Made by a program: the position numbers and the translations under genes. Below the pieces are notes generated by a model. The model made no database searches and had not been told where the DNA came from. It saw nothing but the letters and a program-made list of their open reading frames with translations. A stretch of 64,000 nt of DNA from Polymyxa betae A26-41 (taxonomy: Eukaryota > Protista > Endomyxa: Phytomyxea): positions 2,077 to 66,076 of the forward strand of contig RBZT01000959.1 in assembly GCA_003693705.1 (NCBI GenBank), read 5' to 3'. This document shows positions 39,344 to 51,413 of this stretch, piece by piece. The first letter of the stretch is position 1. Each line of letters begins with the position of its first letter.

Positions 39344-41459
39344 ATGACTATGGAGCATCAAGGCATTGCCAATACATCATTATCTGATATGGAACGGGTT
39401 CTACAGAAATTAGCTGATACTCAGCATCAATTACATCAGGTACTACATCTAGATGTCTTCGTACATGGACACTTAAAACTGCCAGGCTCAGGAACAAGTT
39501 AATGCGTTCAGGTTGGCCGAAACTGAGTATAGATCAACAATTGAAGCACTACAACAAAAATTGGAAACTCTGGCGAAAATTACGCCAGTGAAACCTGGCC
39601 AAGATCAGGATCGAGACAACAATCAGTTAAAAGTGCTGGAAATAGAATTAGAGAGGACACGTGAACAGCACGCTACGATAGTATTGGATTTACGAAACGA
39701 AATTTCTGCATTAAGGTGGGCTTTTGTTAGATAACGTGCTATGAAACTTACTGAATCTCAGGAAGAATTGTGAGAATCGCCAAAATCAATGGAACAGCGA
39801 GAAATCGATTCTGGAAGTTGATTTGACGCAACTAAGGCATGCATTTGTGCACTGTGAAAAACAATATCAGTTCAATTTGCATCAGCAGAACGATCTCACA
39901 GAACAATATGTGTAATCTCACATAGATATCTATCGCTATTACTGAATTCGTGATCAGACAACGCTCCGAAGATGTGATACAAGTTGTACAACAAAAACTT
40001 ATTTGCACGAGCAAGACCAATGAAAAATTACAACATGAGATCCTTAAGTTATCGCTGGAGAAGGAGCAGTTGCAGAATAAAATGATGCAAATGCAGAAGA
40101 TGTATGTGAAGGTTAGAAGTCATGTTAATACTTTTCAAGATCAGTTGCTGAGAAATGTCAAGGCGCAAGATACAATCACAGAAATGAGTTTATCTCATGC
40201 TGCTGTGATTAAAAAGCAGGACAATCTGATTTCTAGTTTAAGGAAACAACTTGGACGAATTCTGAAGAACCCAATTGTACAATCTAATGTATGCTCTATT
40301 AAAGGAGGTCTGGATAATGTATCGGCGTGCTCTATTACAATTAGGTGCTGACTAAAATGAACCTTCAGATACTGTAAACGCTCCTATTCTTGAAGAGGCT
40401 GCTTTAATTCGTGAGTTTAATTCGAATCTGTTTGAAAAATTAGCGTCAAGTGAAGATGAGATTAGTACTCTGAAAAATCAGGTATGATTGACCGATGATG
40501 TTTGCTCATTTCAATGAATCCGTAAAGGTTCATATATTGGAAGATCAACTATTCAAGAGCCGACAAGAAGTATCTAACTATGTTCGTAGAGTGAAAACAG
40601 GAGCTTTGATTGTAGAGGGAGACATTCATAAGACAGATGTCGGTTCAACAAACTGCTTATCGTGTCATGAATCATTGCTAATTTTTGATTTCAGTGGAAG
40701 TCTTCGAATAAGATTTGGTCGACACCAGAAGAAAGATTCTTATTGCTTCACAAAATGGAGTTACTTTTGCAGGAGACAATTCTAGAGAACACACAGTTAA
40801 TGAAAGAAAAAAGTAAGCTAGTATCAATCCTAGTAATCTTGCTCACATTCTTATTGATCTGTTTACAGATGAGCTTGGAGAGAAGCTAATGAGTCTCCAC
40901 AATTCATTACAAAACCACAGTTGAGAACAGCTCAAGCTTGTCAAGATTTTTTAGATCGAATCACTGAAATATCTATTGATCGATACCTCATTTAGTTATT
41001 TTGGATGGAGAAAGGTCCAGGCCATAAAACTGCATTTACTCCGTATAAACGATCTGAAGTGAATAATAAGACAATACCTGGTGCTTTAATAGCTGCAGTC
41101 TTACCTCCAGAGATATGTCGATCTATCAGTAATGCACTATCGCGGGTTCGATCTGCAAGAAAGACATTGGAGGATTCATTTAGGGCATTGGATCAGGTCA
41201 AAACCAATCATTAATCAATTTTGCAGACAAGAATAACAGGACTTTTGATTTTCAGGTTGAATTGACAGAGGCTGAACAGATTGTCATTCAAGACTTATTT
41301 CGTGAAGCGACAGGTGTCAATGCTATCAGTGTGAGTCGTCATGATCCTATGCAACTGATTCGTGTCAGCAATATGCAAGCTGAATGGCTAACTCGTATAG
41401 CAGCACAACTACATAATGTGTATAGAGAAGAATCTCGATGGAAATCTGCCACAATGTGA
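39344..41459 (+). CDS. Multi-exon coiled-coil hypothetical protein
   Basis: Heptad-rich exons (MTMEHQG... to ...RWKSATM*) separated by ~50-nt GT-AG introns. Confidence 0.7.
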
Positions 41460-41606
41460 ATAAAGATGATTTTCTTAAGATGTGATGCGTCGTAACTATC
41501 TATAATATCTGTATGCGCGGTGGCTGTCTCCGTCACGCATTGCCCTTCTCTATATTAGTCATTATACCTCTCATCGTCCACAATCGACATTAATCAATTG
41601 CCAATC

Positions 41607-42091
41607 ATGCAGGCACGAGCGCGACAGCCCCAAAGGGTTCAAAAGGTTATGGTTCAGCCCATTGTAAGTAGGGAACTTTGGATTTTGGCTTCTCTCAATT
41701 GTTAAGTTACTGGTGGTCAACTTGGGTTTCAAATTTCATGGACTCACTGATACTTACAATGGATTTAGACCCTGATCTTTCGATTCCTGCAGAGTGTAAG
41801 TACTGCATTGTTATCGCTCTCGATTGTTTTACGATGCTCTAACAGAAATCTCGCGTCCAGCTGATGCTCTACGAAAATAACGATATGCGATTGGAAGGAC
41901 AAATTATCGTAATCTTAAATATTCTTCATTTTTTCAATGGACGTATAATGCAATTCTGTCAGGGATTTGACGAATATATGAATGTCGTACTCGATGATGC
42001 AATCGAACTTTCTTTAAAACAGAAGACCCGGAAGAAGCTGGGACGTATTTTATTGAAGGGAGATAACATTACTCTCATAATGAGTTCCTGA
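41607..42091 (+). CDS. SNRPE: Small nuclear ribonucleoprotein SmE, 4 exons
   Basis: [29 protein letters not shown]...[19 protein letters not shown]...[14 protein letters not shown]. Confidence 0.97.
41659..41768 (+). promoter_or_regulatory. Structured cis-element in SmE intron 1 (5' splice-site-sequestering helix plus Sm-site consensus)
   Basis: CCATTGTAAGTA (41659-41670) is the exact reverse complement of TACTTACAATGG (41751-41762). GATTTTGG lies at 41681-41688. The intron is 105 nt against ~50 elsewhere. Confidence 0.65.
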
Positions 42092-42615
42092 GGCAATTTT
42101 GGCATCTACAGAAAATTTCAAATAAATTGAGTGTAGGTGCTGTTTGTAACACTGTACAATTTTTCTGCTTAGTTCTTATCTTACAGCATTCCGTTATATC
42201 TTGCTATAGCTTGTTACGTTTTCCAGGCTCAGTTTATTCAATAATTCAGCTATGCAGCAGTTTGATTTAACATTTACTGCTATCTGGCCCGGTGTGAATC
42301 ACGTTAATGAACTTAAAAATCTGTATCTGCGATCTCAGATTCAGTATAGAAATATTGACTATGGATCAACCTCTAAGAATTGCAATTGTCATGGGTGCTA
42401 CCATTGCTGCAGCGTGTGCATATTTTCAATACGGGTTTTAAAAACGTAATGAGCAGGCCTCAGAACTAGAACATGCCTTACCATCAGCAGCAAGTGCAAT
42501 GATCCCTTTCCCGCCATCGTCTTCGTCTGGAACTAAACCTCCTTCTGGTAACCCATCGACTATTCCATGGATGGCATAACAAATGAAAAATATACTGACT
42601 TGATCAATTCCTGTA

Positions 42616-44936
42616 TTAAAATGTAAAGAATCTCTCCGCCTTTCTTTGTTGGAGAAGATCAGCCTTCAAGTGCCGCCAATGTAGCATGACAATGGCAGCT
42701 AACAGTGCTACAGAAGTCACCAAAACTGATACAGCAACCCAAATCCAGTTATTCGTTGGACTTAAGAATAGTTCCACAACCCATTTGTCAGGAGCATCCG
42801 GAGGATATGGGAATACGACAAGTTGCGAATTAGGAATCATGGAAGTCCACGTACCAACATGTCCTTAAACATGTCAGTTAGGTGACCAGTACAAGCTAGA
42901 TGGCTTACTGCCTTACCAGAGCTAACACCAACAGAAAACTGCTCAATGTAAGAGAATGTCCTTGCTAATCCGGCAAATACATATGGAGTCTGCAAAGACC
43001 TGTACGATGATTGTGAAAGTTGAGCTCCAGATACCATTCGCCGAACACCATTTGTATCCGAGACAGTAAATTTTACAGTCACGCCTGGTTGATTAACACC
43101 ATAAGGCTTGGGTTCAGGAAATCTACACAGACATCAGAAAGCTGATTGGTGGACGCACACTGCTTTCAGGTTTTTACTTTTCAGGCCAGAGCTCTGAGCA
43201 CCACTCTGGACACACTCCGTTTGATACCAAAGTCTTGAAGAAAAACGTATCTTCATTGAGATTATTAAGCAGAAATTTGATAGGGACTGCAGATTGGTCA
43301 ATAAGTAATACATCTTGAAGACCTATTTCCAAATCAGCGTATAGCTTTAAATCAGCAATGGACACAAGATACCATCTTCATTGATATCAAAAAATGCTCC
43401 ACCAACAGCATGGGTGTATTCATTGAGAACCGATGTTATACGAGGATCAGAAACTTGAGTGACGCCACCACCACTAAGGCATGATAACATTACCACCTCC
43501 TGATTACTCGAAGTTAACAATAACTCAGGCAGACCTGCAGAATTTAGGTTGAACAGAATGAGAAAATACTATAGAGCAGGTTACCATCAGCATTTATATC
43601 TCCAACTCGAATAACACCATTTGTTTCTAGACCAGTCGATAACGTTGTTTTGACAACGTTGCCATTGTTAATTTCCGAGTATGAATGAAATTTGAAATTT
43701 GGATCTGCTGAGCAAAGATTATCGGAGCTTCTGCATCCTACTAAAATATCAAAAACTTTTCAAAACAGAAATTAGTCGATGGGACCTGTTTGAGATAAAG
43801 ATGAGCACAGAGGTTTCTGAATGTTATAATGGATCATAATCGCAGATGTATCAGAATTCACTGTTGAATAAATGAGGTCAAGGTGACCATCACCATTCGC
43901 ATCAGCAAACGTCACTGGACCAAAATTCTTCTCCAGATTCTGTGCAACAAAGCCATCCGTCTGAATGGAACAAACGACAGTTACGAAGGCTTACAATTGA
44001 TTGAGAGAAGGTCCATTTGGAGCTGGTTGGATCCCAAATATAGATTTCCAACTGCGAATTGGTTGCGACAACCAAGTCGGCAACACAGTCACCATTGACG
44101 TCAACGTAAGAATGTGGTCTACCATCTGCATGAACTCCATTTGTCTGATCTATTAAGCAGATTCAAGTTCAGATAACGATCTCTTGATCGAACGTCTTTT
44201 ACCACTCATAGCTGGGAAGTCCTGAGCCTGGAAACCCCCTTTCTTGTCATTAACCTATTCTTTCTGAGCAGAATTCAGAATCAACTAAAGTGGTCACTGA
44301 CCCAAACTTGACGTTTTGTTGCATCCGAGAATCCAAACAGATCCAGATACATATCAGCATTATAGTCAAATACAATGAGCTCCTCAGCACTTGAGACTAT
44401 CGAAATCATTACTCATTAAAGTTGTACAACATAGGTCTTACAGGATTGTTTAGGTTCGAACGATGATGTCACTGAGTTCATATAGAACATTCTACCGATA
44501 TAATCCTTTGAAGTAGAGGTAGTCTTGCCTTGAATAAATAGATCGATTCTGCCATCATAATTGAAGTCACCAGGAGTGACACCAGTGATTGAGAAGTCAG
44601 ATATGGTTATGCGCATGGATAGCTGAACATTAAATTGCCATTGATCTGATGACCATGTATGGATATCAATCTGTTGCTGATTTGCAGATAAAACTATTAA
44701 ATCAACCCTGAAGGCGCATTTCAATATTTTGCATAGAGACTATCATAATGATGTTAGTACTTCTTATCATTGTTGACATCAGCGAATGCAACAGGTCTAG
44801 AACCTGTGGGGATAGAATCAGCAAGCCCTAGATCAGCCCAATATAAGAGCTTGGACTGGGCACTGTAGAGATTAGGACGAGAACTATCAGCAGTATGTAG
44901 TAGAAGAATGATGACAATGTGAAGGACAAGGATCAT
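42616..44936 (-). CDS. ITFG1: ITFG1/T-cell immunomodulatory protein (LINKIN) homologue: signal peptide, FG-GAP repeats, C-terminal TM helix
   Basis: PGDFNYDGRIDL, PYGVNQPGVTVKF, QLSQSSYRSLQTPY and IPNSQLVVFPYPP motifs, with a TM helix followed by a basic tail. Confidence 0.92.
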
Positions 44937-45483
44937 GATGATATAGATCTAGCTGATACCCATACAGTACATCTAATAAAGATTATGACGTAGTGAGCTG
45001 ACAGTCTTCTCTATCCTCTATATCGGGTACCTGACGCTATTCACTATCAATTCTTCACGTTTAACCTTCAAATTAGACTAATTTTCTGATCGATAAACAA
45101 TTAACCGCCACAAAGCAGGTAATGGTTTTAAATAATATTTGTAATTAGGGCACTATTTTCCGGACAATGTTCGCCTCTGTATCTTAGTTCATTGTTGCTT
45201 TCCAAGATGATACTGAATTAGAGCTAATGCGGAAGTATATTTCTAAAGCGAAGATTTAGAACTTGTTTGGAAAAATGTCGAAAGTACTGTTTGAAATGAT
45301 AGGGATAGAACTATAGCTTATGAGGAAATATAAACAGGCAGAGATGCCAATGAGACCAGAGAGTGGTAGCAAGCTGCGCAGCCTTATTACTGACTACTCT
45401 ACTGTTAGATAGAACAGAGCCGTCCTGGTGCTTGTTGTTGCTGCACTCTCATTTGGTTTACTTTCCATATCTATACTATAGTC

Positions 45484-46782
45484 ATGACAGCTGAAGTTGT
45501 TAGAAATGCTGGATCTACTGGTCGATCGACAAACCGTATTCTCATCACTGGGGCATGCGGATTCATTGGATCTCATCTGGTAACAAGATGATATTTTGCA
45601 ACAGTTCATGCTTTGGTGTAATTGTATTCATAGACAGATCGTTTAATGGAGAACCCCAAGAATGAGGTCATCGCTGTAGATAACTGTTTTTCTGGGGACA
45701 AGCGTAATATTCTAAAATGGTTTGGAAACCCTCGCTTCGAGTTCATTCGCCATGACGTTTGTGAGCCTCTGACTCTTGAGGTTTAATTAAAGGTTATGTG
45801 TAGATTAATGTTAAGGAACATATAGGTCGATCAAATTTATCATTTAGCATGTCCAGCATCGCCTGTCTTTTACCAGTACAATCCTATAAAGACTGTGAAG
45901 ACAGCTTTTCAGGGAACAATGAACATGTGTGGTCTAGCTAAACGTGTCAATGTATGAGTTGCATTTCCTATAACCTATTAGCTCACAAGATTGCTGATTT
46001 AGGCACGACTGTTGCTGGCATCTACCTCTGAAATTTACGGCGACCCTCTTGTTCATCCTCAGGTCGAATCTTATTTCGGAAATGTCAATACCATTGGCAT
46101 CCGGTCATGTTATGATGAAGGCAAACGTATCTCCGAAACTATCTGTTTTGAGTACCACCGCCGTCATAACACCGACATTCGAGGTTGAATACGTATAATG
46201 TCGTATTGCTCTTTGGCTGATATGTTGATTAGTGGCTCGTATTTTCAATACATATGGCCCACGAATGCTTGAAAATGACGGACGTGTGGTCTCAAACTTC
46301 ATTGTTCAGGCATTGAAAGGAATTCCGTTAACGGTTTATGGAGATGGATCCCAGACACGTTCTTTCTGCTACGTTGATGACCTCGTTGCTGGGTTAATCG
46401 CTTTAATGGAGGGAGATGATATCGGCCCTGTCAATCTTGGTACTTTCAACTGATATTTGGTTCTGAGCGATTTTTTTAAAGCAATGCCTTGCAGGTAACC
46501 CTGGAGAGTATACCATTAAAGAATTAGCAGAGAAGATTCAACATATGGTTAATCCAAGCGTGAACGTTGTCTATCAGCCGTTGCCAAGCGATGATCCCAC
46601 TCGCCGTCAGCCTGATATCTCTCGTGCTAGAAAGTCGCTTGGGTGGGAACCCAAAGTTCGTTTGGATGACGGCTTAAAGCGCACAATTGACGATTTTAAG
46701 GTAATTAGTTGAAACCATTCAATCAATAGCTAAAAAATGAGCGGTGTTTTAACAGAACCGTGTCAAAGCCGAGAATAACTAA
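45484..46782 (+). CDS. UXS1: UDP-glucuronate decarboxylase (UDP-xylose synthase)
   Basis: [58 protein letters not shown] and [11 protein letters not shown] motifs. Confidence 0.97.
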
Positions 46783-46947
46783 TCAAGATGTTTTCATTGT
46801 TTACTGAAGATGGTCAATAAAAAGAATGTTTAGCTAATTCGTCAATATATCATGCTTGTTTAATATTATGAGCTGGTATCTGATAGACGGACTGCGTCAC
46901 GGACTTGCTACGTCCATCGTCATCTGAGAATCTGATCTCGTATCACC

Positions 46948-47215
46948 ATGGTGAGTCGTCCTGCATCTATCATGCTCCCACCTTACCTAACTTGATCCTT
47001 AGCCGAAGCAGATTCGTGATATCCGTGATTTCTTGCAGAAGACTCACCGCCCTGATGCCCGTGGTGTCGTCATTAAGCGTGCTAAGGATCAGGTCAAGTT
47101 CAAGATCCGCTGCAGCAAATATCTGTACACACTAGTCGTCACTGACCTCCAGAAGGCTGACAAATTATCTCAATCTTTGCCACCTGGACTCAAGAAGACT
47201 GAAATTAAGCCATAA
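46948..47215 (+). CDS. RPL38: 60S ribosomal protein L38
   Basis: ATG, then an intron, then [11 protein letters not shown]...[15 protein letters not shown]...SLPPGL. Confidence 0.97.
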
Positions 47216-47273
47216 ATGCATCTCTCATGAGACAATTACTCTATTTGTATATTTACGATATTGTAATACTTGC

Positions 47274-48089
47274 TTAGTTTCCAGAGAAACATTCACATAC
47301 ATATTTGAGATATGTCTGGGTGCTCTTCTCCATTTTATTTGGTAACAGGCTCAACTGATCCATGAATGATTTCTATATCAACCAGTAATCATTATTCCAT
47401 TTTGAAACAATAATCAAAAGTCTAACCAGGAAAGCAGTATCTGTCATTATCCAGATAGATTTTGCAGTCATTTTTCTGATGAAATCATAATGTTTCCCTA
47501 AATGTTGTTCTACATGTTGTAATGCTGAGGCGAAGGCAGATTTTTCAGTTGTTTGCCCTGGATCACGTCTTGAAACCATTCGAATTTGTTTATCAGGCAA
47601 TGAAGAGCTGTAGATGGGATTGGTCGAAGGTCGCTGTCGTAAGAAGAGTAATCTTAGTCCAGGTCCACATCGAGGAATTGCTGATGTTGGTGATTTGCTT
47701 GATGTTGGCCAACGACTAACACCCAGACACCACACCTGGTAGATATTCAGATCAGACAGCACAACATTGCTCATCTCCTACTTCGTCTAATTCGTTGCTG
47801 ACCTGTTGGCAGACAGATTAGATCGATTAGACAACCGCTTGATTGAAGCATACGTTTTGGCTGGATTGGGATTCTAATTCATTGACAGTTTGAGAAGAGA
47901 TTGGGATAGGCCGACGTAGTCCAAAGCATCGGCCGTGCCGCTTTTCATCAAGATATGAACGATGGAAATATGTCAGACCTAACAAAATTCACTCAGTCAT
48001 CAACAAGTGATTGATTGCAGGGATTTACCAAAGCAGGATTGACAGTTAGGCTGATCTGTTGCAGCTGTCTTTGACGTTGATGGCGTCAT
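47274..48089 (-). CDS. Hypothetical protein with spaced Cys motifs
   Basis: Spliced frame MTPSTS...CQSCFGLTYF...RCFG...VWCLGVS...IPRCGPGLRLL with consistent ~50-nt introns. Confidence 0.6.
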
Positions 48090-48605
48090 ACTTCCAAATG
48101 TGATCCATCTCAGGCACAAGACTACACAGACTCTCGGTAGTACTACTCTGGAATCATTGCAGCGTCACAGATTGCTGGAAACTGCACCAAGTTTCCAGAC
48201 ACGAATTCAAGATCGACCGTCTCGCAATCTCAGACCGATCATCATCATGATGACAGCACTGGATTCCTAAAATCGGTAATATACTCATCATCCATGCCTC
48301 TGCATGCAAATCAGTTCACACTTAAAACCTGTTTATCGGTTCTAGGAGACCGGAGACCCGGCTAGAATCTCAGAAAATGTGCCTACACATATTCTAGAAA
48401 CCAGACAACGCAACACAAATCTCAGTGGACTATTTTCAAACTTGAGTGTGCATTCTAACAGAATTCTGCAGGTTCTAATGTTCTGTTCATTCTTTTCAAC
48501 TATTCGTTCTTTCAATAAATCATAACATTTATAAAGATCAAATCAATAAATGGATGATTAAATATTGTGCAAAATGCCTCTGAGTATCCAAGATGTTCTT
48601 CTCTG

Positions 48606-50545
48606 CTATTTAATTGCTTGTTGAATTCCTTGGTCATGGGCCAGCATGTCGTAATCATTGTCATCCGAGTCCGTTATAGGTTCTGTTTGGACTTGTGATA
48701 TGAGGTGATTCAGAGCAGGATGATGCTGAAACCTAGCTGCAAGTACTGCAGGATCTACCCATTTATATCTGGTTGTCCATACTTCCACATCTATAAAGTG
48801 TCAGGTATAATAGTGAATTGCCAAATAACAGGTAAGACATACAGAAACTCGCTCCATTCCAGGCTGCCAGACCAATTATGATAGCGATGAAGATGGCATG
48901 AAGATGTATGAATCGGAAATACAGAATAGTTGGAGCTATGACCGCCATCAATATATCATGGCTAATATATTAACCAATGCAATTACTCATAGTGACGAAT
49001 GTATAGATGAATTGCAGAGCCACGAAAGCAGCTTCTTTTGTGGCCGAAGTTGGAAACTTTCGAAGGATCATGGATACGGGACCCTCCGAGCTATTCAGCA
49101 GCCACTTGAAACTGGTGATCATCTAAAGCAAATATGTTAACTGCAGACAAATCATATACAGATTCTGGTCGGTATACTAAATCATCATGTGCGATAGAAA
49201 CCGGTTTCGTCAAACGAAGAAACTTGGATTGCGTCTTGAGAGTGTAAGCTAACTGCCAGATGATATAGGGCAGTAATGGAAGGATTGCTTCACACCATTA
49301 TTTGTAATTTGTCGAGTGCAATGAACATAGGACGTTACTATACCAATTGTAGAGAACTGGACATCGGGACAAGATGGCCAACCACGTGAACAGATTTCAT
49401 ATGATGATGGAAACCAACGAAGCTGAAATGTTAAAAGCATGGGGAAGATATGAATAGCACACGATGTCAGTTTGTCTGTTATTAAATCAGGTCAGGTCTG
49501 ACAATACGAGCAAAGAGATCACCTAAATCATGAAACACTGCAACAGATGTATTATTAATACGATTACTGTTGAGATATAGCAAGCAACATTACCTAGAGA
49601 GTTTCTCCATAATGGTACCGCCCAGGCTAGAGGTCCATTAGAAAATGCAAATATATAAACAAAGAGTAAGTGGCTATCAGGAAAGGCGAACCTATGTTCA
49701 TAGAGATCAGATATCCAGTATAAGAGGATGAGATGAGGATATCCATACAGGTAGACATAGATTAAGAATGTGGTGAAATAGCAGAAATCTAATAGGAAGT
49801 ACTGATATCCCTCTTTACGATATAAATACAGACGAAGTGAGACCAAGAACATGATCATATATGTATACCTAATTATGAAAGAAAAACAATAAGTATTAGA
49901 TGCCATACAAGCTGAACAATGCCTTATTATACCAGTTCAGCATATAGAATGAAGGTCGTCCAATTATAGAGGATGTTATTAATGATGCAAACACACCGAT
50001 TGTGAACGACACCTTGAAACGAAGATATCGTTAGAAACAGCCGACCGATTAGTTGCTGTATGCAACTTACTTTATCAATAAAGCGACAGAATGGGGCCTG
50101 AGCTCTCTTCTTCTCCCAGATTTCACGACTACGTATAATCTTGCTTAAAATCTTCTCACGTTGACGCCGTATCTTCTGTTTGCTATTCATACAGTATCAA
50201 GTCAATACATAAATAAGAATTTCGGTCAATTGTGATATAACAAACAATTACAGAACCAAAAATAACAGAAGGAAAGAATGTGGCCAGTATGACCCATGAA
50301 CGACGACAATAAACAACGTACATGAATAGATTGGCTTCACGAACAAGACCAGCACCTCTACCACCTTCAATCTTACTGACCAACCCATCCAGATCATTCT
50401 CTCTTGTGAACACATCCACGATCTGGGCCATCAGATCCCCAAGCCCACGTTCATCATCGGCATCTATCTCTTCTCGATCGGTATTGGATCGGTCGAAGAT
50501 TATGGGCCGATCTTGAAGGCGCCCACAACTACTTGATCGGCTCAT
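48606..50545 (-). CDS. GPC1: Glycerophosphocholine acyltransferase (GPC1/DUF2838 family)
   Basis: YQYFLLDFCYF and NGPLAWAVPLWRNSL/VFHD...KLTSCAIHIFP motifs, AAWNGASF, and multiple TM helices. Confidence 0.9.
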
Positions 50546-50686
50546 TTAATCAAATGTATTGAAGATGACGGTGATGCGTTCGCACTAGGTAGGTTACAGA
50601 CATCATCTTAAATCTATCAATATTATCATAGTACACAATTATCAGCATTAGACTATCACATCTCGTTATGTTTCAATCAGAATGTA

Positions 50687-51324
50687 TTATATACTGCATC
50701 GGGTGCAAATTATAGATAGTAGCCACTTCGCTACAGATTCGGAATTTTCAGCAGTGAGATAGCCTGAAAGCGATGAAAAGATCGTACTTGGGCCAGTGGC
50801 TGTTTCTGCGCCATAAACAGACTGGATAAATTCTGTGGAATGGTAAATGGGTGACAGCCAAGACGAGAGTATCATCAGCATGGATCGAACACGCCACCTT
50901 ACATAGTGTGTATGTTGCTCTCTCTGTTTTCAAATCCGGTTGGAACTGGGTCAATAACGTGAGCAACTGATATACAGCCACTACCTTTGTAGACCTTCTG
51001 CATAATGATATCATGCTGAAAATACCAGACACGAATGAGGTTGGGTCTCACAACTTCTTAAATCTTCGTTACAGCTCCAGACAGATGATATCCGGTCATT
51101 GTTGCTACACAATCAGTAGAGCTTGTCTCTCCACAAAGGACCGGCTGTGTCGAACAATCTTGGGAAATTTCGAACATCGCCAGACTAGCTAGTGTTTCAA
51201 CCAGAAAACGGGATTGTAAACAGATGAAGATTCTTCTTAGCCAATTGTGATAGTTATGACGATTTGAGGGAGACGAAAACGATGCACCACGACCAAGACG
51301 ATTTTGCAAACTTCTCTCATTCAT
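50687..51324 (-). CDS. Small hypothetical protein
   Basis: Adjacent open frames (MNERSLQNRL...; ...SVAKWLLSIICTRCSI*) fill the gap between POLD2 and GPC1. Exon structure is uncertain. Confidence 0.4.
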
Positions 51325-51413
51325 TCTTACGCAAGCTAGGGTCAATCGATTGGAACATACATAACAATAAAAGCGGCAATGTATTAGTATGAAACCCCAA
51401 AAGTAAGATGTAC

